Origin: a virus
DNA length: 64,000 nucleotides
Virus record (IMG/VR): IMGVR_UViG_3300020185_004010
Span: 8,764 to 72,763 of that record
Strand: one strand, 5' to 3'
This document shows positions 1 through 10,331 of this stretch, piece by piece; position 1 is the stretch's first letter, and each line of letters starts with the position of its first letter. A program made the position numbers and the translations under genes. The notes under the pieces are model-generated. The model saw nothing but the letters and a program-made list of their open reading frames with translations. It did not search any database and was not told the origin of the DNA.

Positions 1-218
1 TCTTCTTTTGCTTTTTTTACAGCCTTAGGCTTAACGTCTGGTCCGGGCTTTGGACCTCTATCGGGAACTCCTCTTCTTTTCTTTTTCTTTCCTGTATCAG
101 TGTCTGTATCCGTATCAGGTGCAGCTATTTCACTTTCTTCCATCTTCTTTTCCATTAGACGTTTAGCTATAGCTTCTTTTAACAATTTTCTTAATTCTTT
201 TTTACTCATCTTTTTCAT
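1..218 (-). CDS. Hypothetical protein, N-terminal part only (runs off the window start), probably a late/virion-associated protein
   Basis: Not in the ORF track. I translated it by hand from ATG at 218: [72 protein letters not shown], open to base 1. It is preceded by the TATTTATT motif (235-242) and the nrdA terminator. Confidence 0.7.
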   Translation of the reverse strand, partial: MKKMSKKELRKLLKEAIAKRLMEKKMEESEIAAPDTDTDTDTGKKKKRRGVPDRGPKPGPDVKPKAVKKAKE

Positions 219-248
219 TATAGAATATTACTATAATAAATATAAACC

Positions 249-285
249 AAAAAAGAAAAGCCCCCTTAAACAAAGAGAGCTTTTT
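249..285 (-). terminator. Rho-independent terminator downstream of nrdA
   Basis: Minus strand reads GCTCTCTT-TGTTT-AAGGGGGC (8-bp stem with two G-U pairs) followed by TTTTCTTTTTT. Confidence 0.7.
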
Positions 286-310
286 ACTTGTTTTTTTTAA
301 CTATATTAAA

Positions 311-2956
311 TCATGAACCACAAGCTTCACAATCTTCAGGATTATCAATACTGCAAGCCATTTGTGACATAGCATCTGCTTCTTCATCTGACATGTCGGT
401 TGTTGAATTGGATATAACAACATTTACTAAATCTGAAGACTCAATAATTCTTCCATCACTATCTAACTTTTCACTTTCTGAAGAAGGTGTAATGATACCT
501 AATGAAACTTTTGTTGATTCAGAATTTTCTACCTCTTTTTCTTTTAAAGAATTTACATCTGTACCCAATGACTTTCTAGCTTCTGACTTAGCATTACTTC
601 TTAAATAATACATACCAGTCTTTAAACCTTTAGACCATCCATAAAATAGTGCTTTATTAATTTTGGCAACATTTGCATCTCTTATGAAAAGATTCATAGA
701 TTGTGACTGGTCTATAAAGGCAGCCCTATCAGCAGACATATCTATAAGATTACTTGCTTTCATTTCCCAAACAGTTTTATAAGTCATTTTAATGTCTTCT
801 GGTATTTCGGATATTGTTTGAATAGAACCATTGTTTTGAATCATTTTAATTCTAATTTCATCATTCCACAAATCTAAATTTATTAAATCTTCTACCAAAT
901 GCCTGTTCACCAAAACAAACTCTCCTGATAATACGTTTCTTTTATATAAATTATTTGTAAATGGTTCAAAACATTCATTATTACCTAATATCTGAGCGGT
1001 AGATGCTGTGGGCATAGGAGCAACTAGTAAAGAATTTCTAACACCATGCTTAATAACAGACTTTTTTAACTTAGACCAATTCCACAATCCAGATAGCTCA
1101 CTTTCTTTTACTCCCCACATATCATATTGAAACACACCATTTGATACTGGTGAACCCTTAAAAGAAGAGTAGGCACCAAATGTTTCTGGGGTTTCTGAAT
1201 TAATTGCAGACTCTTCTTTGTATAGAGATTTTGAAATGTCATTTGATGCTGTCATTGATGCAAAATATATAGTTTCAAATATATCTTTATTCAACTTCTT
1301 TGCAGCTTCTGACTCAAATGGAATTCCTAAAAGAGCAAATGTATCAGCCATACCCTGAACACCTAAACCTATAGGTCTATGTCTCATGTTAGACTTTTTA
1401 GTCTCTTTAGTTGGATACCAATTAACATCTATTACTCTATTTAAATTTAAAGTCGCTTGGTATGTGACTTCATAAAGTTTTTTGAAATCATAAGTTCTAA
1501 GAGTTTTATCTCTAGATTTAACCTTCCCAGTTGGAATATCAACCATTTTAGGAAGGGCTATAGAAGCTAAATTACAAACAGCTGTTTCGTCTGGCGTGCT
1601 TACTTCCATAATTTCAGTGCATAAGTTAGATGATTTAATAACACCTATATTCTTTTGATTGCTTTTCTTATTTGCAGAATCTTTATACAATATATATGGA
1701 GTTCCAGTTTCTATTTGAGCCTCCAAAATCTTGCCCCACAACTCTCTAGCTTTCATTACCTTTTTACCCCTTCCTTCTGATTCATATTTTTCATATAACT
1801 CAGTAAATGATAAACTAACTTCTGATTCATTTAAAATCACCCCTTCTTCATCATATTCAGGATAAACATCATAAACATCAGAAAGACCAGGACACTCATT
1901 TGGGCACATCAATGTCCAATTACCATCATCTTTAACTCTTTGCATAAATAAGTCTGGTGTCCATAGTGCCAAAAACAAATCTCGTGCCCTCTCCTCTTCT
2001 TTACCGTGATTCTTTCTTAAATCAATAAATCCTTCAACATCAAAATGCCAAGGTTCTAAATAAATTGCAAAAGAACCCTTTCTTTTTCCTCCTTGATTTA
2101 TCCATCTAGCAACTTCGTTATAAGTTTTTAACATAGGAAGTAAACCATCTGAATGGCCTCCAGTACCTTTTATGTATGAACCTTTAGACCTTACATCATG
2201 AACGTGAAGACCAATGCCTCCAGACCATTTTGATATTTTCGCAACATCTTTTAAGGTGTCAAAAAGCGAATCTATATCATCACCCTTATTTGCAACCAAA
2301 AAACAAGACGAAAGCTGTGGTTTGGGTGTGCCAGAATTAAATAAAGTTGGAGTTGCATGAGTAAATTGACCTGTAGAAAGTAGTTCATAAGTTTTTTGAA
2401 CCTCTTTTAAATTATCGCCCCAAATACCTAAAGCCACTCTCATATACATATGTTGTGGAGTCTCAACAACTTTTCCATCTATTTTCAGCAAATAAGACCT
2501 CTCTAGCGTTTTAAATCCAAAATATTCAAAATCTAAATCTCTATCATGAATAATCATAGATTCAATTTTTTTAGTATTTGACTTTACTACATGTAGCAAC
2601 TCTTCAGAAACTAAAGGAGCATGCTCTCTTGTTTTAGGGTCTATGTTACTATATAAATTCTCAATAGTATCTTTGAATGACTTTTTTGTCTCCTTCTTAA
2701 CGGAAGTTAATGCTATTCTAGCTGCCAATATTGAGTAATCAGGATGTATTCTAGTTAAAGACGCAGAAGTTTCTGCCGCTAACGTATCCAATTCTCTAGT
2801 TGTAACTCCATCATAAACTCCCGCAATTACTTTTTTAGCAATTTCCATATAATCAACATAGTCTTGGTCTAAACCATATGTTTGCTTTTTAATTCTTGCT
2901 GATATTTTATCAAATTTTACCGACTCTTCAGAGCCGTCTCTTTTTATTACTTTCAT
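311..2956 (-). CDS. nrdA: Ribonucleoside-diphosphate reductase class Ia alpha subunit with N-terminal ATP cone
   Basis: N-terminal ATP cone (VIKRDG..KISARI), FTHATPTLFNSG, QLSSCFL, SSNLCTEI, VCNLASIAL, LVAPMPTASTAQILGNNE, GLKTGMYYLR and C-terminal CSIDNPEDCEACGS. Confidence 0.98.
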   Translation of the reverse strand: MKVIKRDGSEESVKFDKISARIKKQTYGLDQDYVDYMEIAKKVIAGVYDGVTTRELDTLAAETSASLTRIHPDYSILAARIALTSVKKETKKSFKDTIENLYSNIDPKTREHAPLVSEELLHVVKSNTKKIESMIIHDRDLDFEYFGFKTLERSYLLKIDGKVVETPQHMYMRVALGIWGDNLKEVQKTYELLSTGQFTHATPTLFNSGTPKPQLSSCFLVANKGDDIDSLFDTLKDVAKISKWSGGIGLHVHDVRSKGSYIKGTGGHSDGLLPMLKTYNEVARWINQGGKRKGSFAIYLEPWHFDVEGFIDLRKNHGKEEERARDLFLALWTPDLFMQRVKDDGNWTLMCPNECPGLSDVYDVYPEYDEEGVILNESEVSLSFTELYEKYESEGRGKKVMKARELWGKILEAQIETGTPYILYKDSANKKSNQKNIGVIKSSNLCTEIMEVSTPDETAVCNLASIALPKMVDIPTGKVKSRDKTLRTYDFKKLYEVTYQATLNLNRVIDVNWYPTKETKKSNMRHRPIGLGVQGMADTFALLGIPFESEAAKKLNKDIFETIYFASMTASNDISKSLYKEESAINSETPETFGAYSSFKGSPVSNGVFQYDMWGVKESELSGLWNWSKLKKSVIKHGVRNSLLVAPMPTASTAQILGNNECFEPFTNNLYKRNVLSGEFVLVNRHLVEDLINLDLWNDEIRIKMIQNNGSIQTISEIPEDIKMTYKTVWEMKASNLIDMSADRAAFIDQSQSMNLFIRDANVAKINKALFYGWSKGLKTGMYYLRSNAKSEARKSLGTDVNSLKEKEVENSESTKVSLGIITPSSESEKLDSDGRIIESSDLVNVVISNSTTDMSDEEADAMSQMACSIDNPEDCEACGS

Positions 2957-2975
2957 CTCTTATTTTTTAATTTTA

Positions 2976-3998
2976 TTAAAATTCATCATCTCCTCCATCA
3001 AAACTAATGCTGTTTTCCGAAGTGTCACCACCAACTCCAGACTTAGAATAGTCTCCAACTCTTTTTTCAAAGAAGTTTGTTTTATTTTCAAGAGCTATAT
3101 TTGACATGAAGTCAAATGGATTTTTAGTATTAAAAATAGGGCTACAATTTAAGTCTGACAACAAAGCATCTGCAACATACTCCAAATATTCAGACATTAA
3201 CTTTGAATTCATTCCAATCAAGCTAACTGGTAGAGATTCTGTAATAAACTCTTTTTCAATTTCTAAAGCTGAATTTATAATCTCTTTAATTCTATCTTTA
3301 GGAACTTTATTTATAATATGATTATTATGTAAATGAGTTGCAAAGTCACAATGTAGAGCCTCATCTCTAGATATTAACTCATTAGAAAAACTAAGCCCTG
3401 GCATTAGCCCTCTACTTTTTAGCCAAAAAATTGAACAAAAAGAGCCTGAGAAAAAAATTCCCTCTACTGCTGCGAATGCAATTAATCTTTCAGCAAAACT
3501 GTCTGAATCAATCCATTTTAAAGCCCATTCTGCTTTTTTCTGTACCGCTGGTATAGTCTCTAAAGCATTGAACAGCCTGTCTTTTTCATCTTTATTTTTT
3601 ACATATGTATCAATTAATAATGAATAAGTTTCAGAATGTATATTTTCCATAGCTATTTGAAATCCGTAGAAAAACTTTGCTTCTGCGTACTGAACTTCGC
3701 TAACAAAATTTTCAGCCAAATTTTCATTCACTATTCCGTCAGATGCGGCAAAAAATGCTAAAACGTTCTTTATAAAATATCTTTCATTATCATTTAACTT
3801 TTCCCAATCGACTAAATCTTGTTGTAGGTCAATTTCTTCAGCAGTCCAAAAACTTGCTTCAGCCTTTTTATAAAATTGCCAAATATCATCATATTGTATA
3901 GGGAAAATAACAAATCTATTAGGATTGTCTTTTAATATTTTTTCTTCTAAAACTTCCACTTTAGTTTCAACTTTGTTTTCTAGCATTTTTTCGTCCAT
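2976..3998 (-). CDS. nrdB: Ribonucleotide reductase class Ia beta (R2) subunit
   Basis: Di-iron ligand motifs [18 protein letters not shown] (radical Tyr), [17 protein letters not shown], and KTNFFEKRV. Adjacent to nrdA. Confidence 0.98.
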   Translation of the reverse strand: MDEKMLENKVETKVEVLEEKILKDNPNRFVIFPIQYDDIWQFYKKAEASFWTAEEIDLQQDLVDWEKLNDNERYFIKNVLAFFAASDGIVNENLAENFVSEVQYAEAKFFYGFQIAMENIHSETYSLLIDTYVKNKDEKDRLFNALETIPAVQKKAEWALKWIDSDSFAERLIAFAAVEGIFFSGSFCSIFWLKSRGLMPGLSFSNELISRDEALHCDFATHLHNNHIINKVPKDRIKEIINSALEIEKEFITESLPVSLIGMNSKLMSEYLEYVADALLSDLNCSPIFNTKNPFDFMSNIALENKTNFFEKRVGDYSKSGVGGDTSENSISFDGGDDEF

Positions 3999-4043
3999 AT
4001 TATTATTTTATTTTATTTTATTTTATTTTATATTTAGTCAACA

Positions 4044-4051
4044 CAAATATA
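4044..4051 (-). promoter_or_regulatory. Bacteroidota-type -7 promoter element (TATATTTG) upstream of nrdB-nrdA
   Basis: Sense strand TATATTTGTG matches the TAnnTTTG consensus. The same 10-mer occurs before the polA-like gene and dnaE. Confidence 0.55.
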
Positions 4052-4097
4052 GTAATAGTAATTTCTTTACCAAAAGTAATTCATGTTTTTTGACATT

Positions 4098-5498
4098 TTA
4101 AGTTTGAGATATTTTATCAATATCTAAACCAGCAATATTTGAAAGCCCAAAATTAGATTGATTTACATCTTGCAAAACTCTTATATCTAAATTAGAAGTG
4201 TCAAAATGTAAATCAATAGTAAATCCATCTTCTCCATTTCTATTTTTTAGTATCATCATTTTAGCCTTATTTACAGCCTTGTCTTCTTCTGTTCTACCTA
4301 TACCCAATATCAAATCAGCCGTTTGTGCCTTACCTAAACTCTCACTAATAACTCTTAAGTCAAATTTTGGAGAATTAATAGCCTCTCTATTCGCTTGAGT
4401 TGCAGTCCAGATTGGAATATCTAACTCCATAGCCATAGCTCTCAAAGTTTCATAGATGCTAGTTAAGTTATATCTTCTTTCGGAATATTCAGACGTTGAC
4501 TTCATAATATCTGCATAATCAACAAATAAAACATCTGGCTTTATGCCATGGTCTCTTTGCAATGACTGTAAATGAGCTCTTAAAGTATTTACAGAAGCTG
4601 TACCAGTTGGAAACTCCTTTATAAACAGTTGTCCTCCTTTATTTTTTATGTACTGAGATGTTTCTCTAATTTTATCAACATATTCAGTAACATATTTTAA
4701 AGGTATATTATTAAGGGCTGCATCGAACCTATGACCTATCTTTTCTTCTTTCATTTCCAAACTGTAATAAACAGCTTTTTTACCATCTAACATTGCATTA
4801 CTGGCCAACTTAACAAGACCCATAGACTTACCACCTCCTGTAGGAGCCAGTATAATTGCAAGCTCACCACCTGCAAGGCCACCTCCTATAATGTTGTCCA
4901 AACCTTCCATGGCAGTAACGGGCTCTCTATTTTCGGTTACCAACCTCTTTTCTACATCATCCAAATAATTATGACCACTACTTTTTGGTTCTCCCAACTT
5001 TAAACTATCTCCTATTATAACAGAAATGTTATCATAATCTTCTAACTCCCAGGCCTTTGCTGCTTTTAATAATCCTTTTTTTAAACCTTGTCTTTTACAA
5101 AATTCTAAAGAAACTTCTTTCACAAACTTTTGGTCGTTATGCTTATATTTGGAAATTATATCTATCAATTCAATTAACTGCTCTTGCTGTATTCCAATTT
5201 CTTTATATTTAATTAAACTAATTAGAGTTTCATAGTTTGGAACAAAATTGTATTTGGCTATATATTTTGATATATGCTGAAATAAAATCTTGTGCTGTAT
5301 ATTGTCAAAATGTCTAGCATAAAGAATGTCTAATATTTGTTGAGAAAACTCTTCATCCTCAATAAAGCACTTTATTAACTTAGTTTGAAAACTAGGCTCT
5401 TTCATTGCTTCTTTTCTGCCAGAATAATCATCAACACCTTCAAAAGCGTTAATTATTTCATTAGCATTTAAATCTTTTATTTCTACGTTTTTTTGCAT
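4098..5498 (-). CDS. Replicative DNA helicase (DnaB/T4 gp41-like, SF4)
   Basis: Walker A APTGGGKS, YYSLEM, FIKEFPTG, Walker B LFVDYADIM, IWTATQANR, ILKNRNG. Confidence 0.92.
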   Translation of the reverse strand: MQKNVEIKDLNANEIINAFEGVDDYSGRKEAMKEPSFQTKLIKCFIEDEEFSQQILDILYARHFDNIQHKILFQHISKYIAKYNFVPNYETLISLIKYKEIGIQQEQLIELIDIISKYKHNDQKFVKEVSLEFCKRQGLKKGLLKAAKAWELEDYDNISVIIGDSLKLGEPKSSGHNYLDDVEKRLVTENREPVTAMEGLDNIIGGGLAGGELAIILAPTGGGKSMGLVKLASNAMLDGKKAVYYSLEMKEEKIGHRFDAALNNIPLKYVTEYVDKIRETSQYIKNKGGQLFIKEFPTGTASVNTLRAHLQSLQRDHGIKPDVLFVDYADIMKSTSEYSERRYNLTSIYETLRAMAMELDIPIWTATQANREAINSPKFDLRVISESLGKAQTADLILGIGRTEEDKAVNKAKMMILKNRNGEDGFTIDLHFDTSNLDIRVLQDVNQSNFGLSNIAGLDIDKISQT

Positions 5499-5616
5499 TA
5501 ATATTTGTTGAAGTGTTAATAAATAAGTTTTTTTTTAAGTGTTGTTTTTAATTTGTTTATATTGTTTTTCACCATAAACTCTGCAAAGTCTGAAAAGGAC
5601 TTTTATGGTTTATAAG

Positions 5617-6657
5617 TTACTTTTTTGCTCTTTCTAATACTTTAGAAGAGTAATCTTTTTCTTTCGAAATTAATCTATTAAAAGGTCTAAAAAATAAAGA
5701 TAAATCACTATTAAAAATATGCATGTTAAAACCATCTTTAACTAACATTTTCATAGCGTTATTTATACCTCTTTCTTGTTCTACAGAGGGCATTATTATT
5801 ATACAATCAAGTATTTCAGTTACCTCATCAATAGCTTTTTGATTTACCATAGGGCTCTTTAAGTTCATTAGCTGTCTATTTAACTCTATGACTTGTCTAC
5901 CATTAATGATTTGCTCATATATTTTTAAAGGCTTTTCTTCATACTTCTCTTCAGCCTCTTTAATAAGTTCATCTAAAGTATATCTTTCATCGAAAAATCT
6001 GGGGAAGTATGTTTTCATCTTCTTCATACCTACACCCTTCAATCCAGATATGCAATCCGAAGTGTCTCCTTCTATACACTTGGCAAATAATGCGTTTTTG
6101 TGTGTGTATCCGAATATTTCCTTAAAATTTTGAATTGTTATAACCTTTCCGTCTGAGGGTCTTATTACGCACACATCCTTATCAACTAATTGATGAAAAT
6201 CTTTGTCACTGCTATATATTATTACACTCTCATCTTTTGATTTGTTTTTAACATATAGTCCCAGCAAATCATCTGCCTCTACATACTCAACCTCAACCTG
6301 TCTTACACAAAGCTCTTCAAGATAGTTTTTTACTTTTATTTTCTGCTTTAAAGTGCTATACTTTCTCTGTCTTTCCTCGTCTATTTCATCATCAGTAAAA
6401 TAGTAAGACTCTTCGTCCCAAGATTTGTTTCTATCGCCTTTGTATAAAGGATAAATTTTCTGTCTAAAAACACCAGACATAATTCCATCCCAAAAAACAA
6501 CTACTCTGTCTGGCATGGTTTTATCAACAATAGACCTTAGGCTATCTAGAAAACCATAAGAACCTCCACAATGCTCGCCTTTAGAAAAAAGGTCTTGCCT
6601 TTTCATGAAGTTTCTTTTAAGATTCCATTCACCATCTATTAAGAGAACTTTTTTCAT
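5617..6657 (-). CDS. 5'-3' exonuclease / flap endonuclease (T4 RNase H / PolI N-domain-like)
   Basis: LLIDG, VVFWDG, YPLYKGDR, EADDLLG, IYSSDKDFHQL and the H3TH motif GDTSDCISGLKGVG. Confidence 0.92.
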   Translation of the reverse strand: MKKVLLIDGEWNLKRNFMKRQDLFSKGEHCGGSYGFLDSLRSIVDKTMPDRVVVFWDGIMSGVFRQKIYPLYKGDRNKSWDEESYYFTDDEIDEERQRKYSTLKQKIKVKNYLEELCVRQVEVEYVEADDLLGLYVKNKSKDESVIIYSSDKDFHQLVDKDVCVIRPSDGKVITIQNFKEIFGYTHKNALFAKCIEGDTSDCISGLKGVGMKKMKTYFPRFFDERYTLDELIKEAEEKYEEKPLKIYEQIINGRQVIELNRQLMNLKSPMVNQKAIDEVTEILDCIIIMPSVEQERGINNAMKMLVKDGFNMHIFNSDLSLFFRPFNRLISKEKDYSSKVLERAKK

Positions 6658-7622
6658 TATTTGCCGCTATACTTATTCCAATCATCTTCAAATCTTAATT
6701 CCCAGTCAGACCTATGTTCTTTTTTATAATTATTTAAGTCAGCAGTAGTGTCTCTCACAAAGCCATGAGCGGTACATAGTATCTTATCCTTTACAGATAT
6801 ATTGGTGATATGATTTTTTTCTACAACAATAGCAGTTTTAATAGCAAAAGAAACGTTAACACCTTCTTTAGTAGCATAAACTTTAGTGGAATTAGAAAGA
6901 ATTCCTCCCATTCTAACTATTAAACTTGCTGCTTTAGTAATCCCCTTACCTCCATAGGGAGTCAAAGTGTTAGCAATAGTTCCTTCGTATGCATGATTTA
7001 CAATTAATAAACTTGCACTATAAGGAAAGTCAGCACGTTTTGTTGCGGAAATTTGTTTTTCAATAACTCTATGTATTTGTTGAGTTAAAACTTTTGCCGT
7101 TTTCATAATTGCTCCATCAGCCTCCTTTTCAATGGCCTCTCTCTCTGCTTTACTTACTACATTTCCAATTGAATCTATAATCACTAAAATGTCAGTAGGC
7201 AAATTGCCGTCTCTTTGGTCTTTTAATCTATCTCTGACAAATTTTGTAATATCCTCAACTTCTTCAATAGAATCCACATAAATCATATCTTCTTGAGATA
7301 TACCCATTTCTAGTGCATGACCCCAATTGAACTTCTTTTCAGTGTTTACAAAAATTGGTAAAATATCATTATCTATAGCTCCTTTAGCAGCTTCAAGAGC
7401 CAAGGTTGACTTTCCAGAATCTGGGTGTCCGTAAACCATAGTTACGCCATACATGGGAATACCAGGCAATTGTGTTGTGTCTTGATATGCTCTACTTAAA
7501 GGAATCCACTCGTCTTCTTTATATAGAACTTCTTCTATGTCTAACTTTTGTCTATAATCAGTTATAGAAAAAGTTTTTTTTGATTTTACTTTTGGTGTAT
7601 CGTCTGTCTTTTCTTTTGCCAT
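6657..7622 (-). CDS. RecA/UvsX-like recombinase
   Basis: Walker A GHPDSGKST, IFVNTEKK, Walker B IVIIDSIG, PYGGKG. RecA fold in a replication operon. Confidence 0.88.
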   Translation of the reverse strand: MAKEKTDDTPKVKSKKTFSITDYRQKLDIEEVLYKEDEWIPLSRAYQDTTQLPGIPMYGVTMVYGHPDSGKSTLALEAAKGAIDNDILPIFVNTEKKFNWGHALEMGISQEDMIYVDSIEEVEDITKFVRDRLKDQRDGNLPTDILVIIDSIGNVVSKAEREAIEKEADGAIMKTAKVLTQQIHRVIEKQISATKRADFPYSASLLIVNHAYEGTIANTLTPYGGKGITKAASLIVRMGGILSNSTKVYATKEGVNVSFAIKTAIVVEKNHITNISVKDKILCTAHGFVRDTTADLNNYKKEHRSDWELRFEDDWNKYSGK

Positions 7623-7641
7623 TTTATTATCTTTTTATTTA

Positions 7642-8412
7642 TTAATTATTCGAATTATCTGAAGAGCCTGATGCCATAGTTGATTTATCTAATATTTTTT
7701 TGACAGCATCATAGGGAAGTTCTATAAAAACTTCATTAATAGGCTTTACTAAACTTCTAAGTGTGTTTGTCTTTTCCTCATCTGGTAACCCGTGATGGTC
7801 TACCATTAATGCTGACTTAACTGGTACGGGCATTAAATTTGCAGTATCAGAATCCATAGGAAAGGTAATGTTGATATCATTACCTTGAGACACATGAGAT
7901 ATATCTCCATAGTATTTGTTTTTATAAAATCCTGCAATAGAATTTAGTACAGTCTTAGAGAATCCCCACCATTTTGGACCTTCATGCTCTTTGCCTCTTA
8001 TTACTACTGGTAAAAAGTGTCTGGTTTTAGCAACTTTTTTCTTTTTATCATCACTATCTGGTTGCGTACTCAAATGTTCGCAGATAGGACAAGGTCTACC
8101 ATACGCAGATGGGCAAACAACCATTTTTGATGTACCAATATTCCAGTGGAAATCTATTTTTTGATATGCCTTACCCTCTAGTGGAGGAACAATTCTCAAC
8201 TCTTCTCCTTCTTCTGGTAGCTTTCCTTTTTTTGGATTGTAAGTGACTTCTTTTAAGTCTACTTTTACTCGATTGTTTTTATCAGTAAATGAGTTTACCT
8301 CTTCTACATCATTTAAAAACTGTTCAACATTCATTCCCTGACTTACAGGCTGTTGTGTTTGGTTAGCCCCCTCAAATTGTTCATTTGAGGGAACAGTGTT
8401 TCCTTCGTTCAT
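7642..8412 (-). CDS. Single-stranded DNA-binding protein (T4 gp32-like)
   Basis: LRIVPP...FHW...CPSAYGRPCPICE (Zn site)...FLPVVIRG...WWGFSK...DISHVSQGNDI, in an operon with UvsX and the exonuclease. Confidence 0.8.
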   Translation of the reverse strand: MNEGNTVPSNEQFEGANQTQQPVSQGMNVEQFLNDVEEVNSFTDKNNRVKVDLKEVTYNPKKGKLPEEGEELRIVPPLEGKAYQKIDFHWNIGTSKMVVCPSAYGRPCPICEHLSTQPDSDDKKKKVAKTRHFLPVVIRGKEHEGPKWWGFSKTVLNSIAGFYKNKYYGDISHVSQGNDINITFPMDSDTANLMPVPVKSALMVDHHGLPDEEKTNTLRSLVKPINEVFIELPYDAVKKILDKSTMASGSSDNSNN

Positions 8413-8626
8413 TTTTCTCTTTTTAAAGTTTTAACCAGTCTAAAGTGCTATTATAGCTTATTGGTGACCGTAAACAACTCTCTACTTAGAGTGTATTCAT
8501 AAATAGAAATGTTTTTTCATTTCTTAGTACAAATCAAAAGAAAAAAATAACAAAATGCAATATATTATTGAAAGAAAATTAAACTACTTTTCAACACATT
8601 TTTTTTAATGTTGAAAACACACTTGG

Positions 8627-10258
8627 TTAGGTGCATTCCATATAGTTTTTACCAGAAGAGTAATCAATATCAAAAACCATATCATTGTATTTAGAAAGCA
8701 TTTTTGTGATTTCACCGATAGAACTCATGTCATCTGGGTGTATGTCCATAACAAAAGAATCATGAACTTGAAACATAAATGAAGACTTACTATTTTTTAG
8801 CCAATATTTTAATTCTTGTATTTTATCAACAACTATTTCAGTAGCAGTAGATTGGACATAATTATTAAAAGCCGCATAAGATTTGTTTGGTTTAATCAAT
8901 GTGCCAAAAGGGTTTATTATATATCCAAGCTCTTTATACACATTATTAATGTACTCTGAAGTCGTTAGTATTGGAGATAGAAATGCCTTAACCTTATTCA
9001 AACACATTTCTACATCATGGTTTTCAATTTTTGAAATTATATTTTTTATCAACTTATCTCCTCCTCCATATAAAATGGCGTGATTTACATCTTTTGCAAC
9101 TTTTCTATGATTTTTAGTAATTTCTATATCACCAAACATTGCTTTTGCAGTATTATAATGTAAGTCTGAATTCATGTTCTTTAATATAAACTCCTCATCT
9201 CTAGACAAATACATAGATAGTCTAGTTTCAAAAGATTTATAGTCAAAAACTATGATAGTTCCATTTTTATATCTTGATATTATCTGATTTCTTATAGCAC
9301 TGTCCTTAGGAAGCATTTGTGGATTAAATGAGTCTACACAATTAATTCTACCTGTTATAGTCCTTTTGTCAGAATATCTCAACATCAAATACTTTTTCCC
9401 ACTATCCCAAGTACTTCTAACTCCATCTGGTGTCTTGAAATTGTTATTAAAATATATTCTATTTGTAGATAGCCAAGAAGTTGTTTTATCTTTTACAGTC
9501 TGTCTCATGCATGAGTTTAACTCATCCTTTGTAACCTCATGATTGTCTCTTATTATCTTCATTAAAACAGGTATATACCTATACATGTTTTTTCCTAAAA
9601 AAATTTTATTAAAATCTTTTGGCTCTATATAGTGTGAATATTTAGACCAAAATATGTTTTCAGTTGTCATAACATCTCTCAACTGGTCTATATATACATA
9701 TTTTACAGAATTATAATAACTAAATAAAGTGCATTCAATTTTATTTATCAATCCTGTTAATATTTTTTTAGAATCTTTACCAATAAAATTTAAACTAGAT
9801 ATGCTGATAGCATAAGTGTCTGACTCATTATGAATATAGCAAACGTTTTTATGAAAATATATAAAAGACCTTACTTCTCTGTTTATGTTTTTAAGTAGAA
9901 ATTCTCTCAGTTCTCCATCAATTATTGAATCGTATGATATAGATTTTTTGTGGAAAAATTTTTTTATAGAGTATTCTAAAAAAGATTTAATATCAGACTT
10001 ATTTTTTTCTTCCTTTTCATTTAAACTAAAAGTCCAAAATAAATTATCTTTTATTTTACTTGATAATATAGATTGTTCTGGGAACATCTCTTTAACCTTA
10101 CTCCAGCCTAAAATTAAAGTTGGAACACTCACCTCGTCATTTGCGTTTATAGAGTCTATTACATCTAGTGCAAAATCTCCATAGTGAGTGTTTATATAAT
10201 CCATATCATCTGATGAGTATGGAACAACTTTACAAATTTTTATTAAATCTTGAAGCAT
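8627..10258 (-). CDS. Compact family A DNA polymerase (PolA-like polymerase domain, no recognisable proofreading or 5' nuclease motifs)
   Basis: TITGRI, motif A FDYKSFETRL, DLH, motif B RKVAKDVNHAILYG, NNYVQSTA, motif C FQVHDSFV. Confidence 0.85.
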   Translation of the reverse strand: MLQDLIKICKVVPYSSDDMDYINTHYGDFALDVIDSINANDEVSVPTLILGWSKVKEMFPEQSILSSKIKDNLFWTFSLNEKEEKNKSDIKSFLEYSIKKFFHKKSISYDSIIDGELREFLLKNINREVRSFIYFHKNVCYIHNESDTYAISISSLNFIGKDSKKILTGLINKIECTLFSYYNSVKYVYIDQLRDVMTTENIFWSKYSHYIEPKDFNKIFLGKNMYRYIPVLMKIIRDNHEVTKDELNSCMRQTVKDKTTSWLSTNRIYFNNNFKTPDGVRSTWDSGKKYLMLRYSDKRTITGRINCVDSFNPQMLPKDSAIRNQIISRYKNGTIIVFDYKSFETRLSMYLSRDEEFILKNMNSDLHYNTAKAMFGDIEITKNHRKVAKDVNHAILYGGGDKLIKNIISKIENHDVEMCLNKVKAFLSPILTTSEYINNVYKELGYIINPFGTLIKPNKSYAAFNNYVQSTATEIVVDKIQELKYWLKNSKSSFMFQVHDSFVMDIHPDDMSSIGEITKMLSKYNDMVFDIDYSSGKNYMECT

Positions 10259-10262
10259 ACCA

Positions 10263-10270
10263 CAAATATA
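10263..10270 (-). promoter_or_regulatory. Bacteroidota-type -7 element 4 nt upstream of the polA-like ATG
   Basis: Sense strand TATATTTG-TGGT-ATG. Confidence 0.55.
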
Positions 10271-10331
10271 TAAAATATTTACGATAAATTAGTTTGTAAT
10301 TATTGGTTTTTTAAATATAAAACGAAAGTAC

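Noticed and set aside
311-3998. Eukaryotic or giant-virus origin suggested by the eukaryote-like RNR
   Set aside because: Bacteroidota carry the same RNR subclass, and the sheath, tube, portal, TerL and holin identify a tailed bacteriophage.
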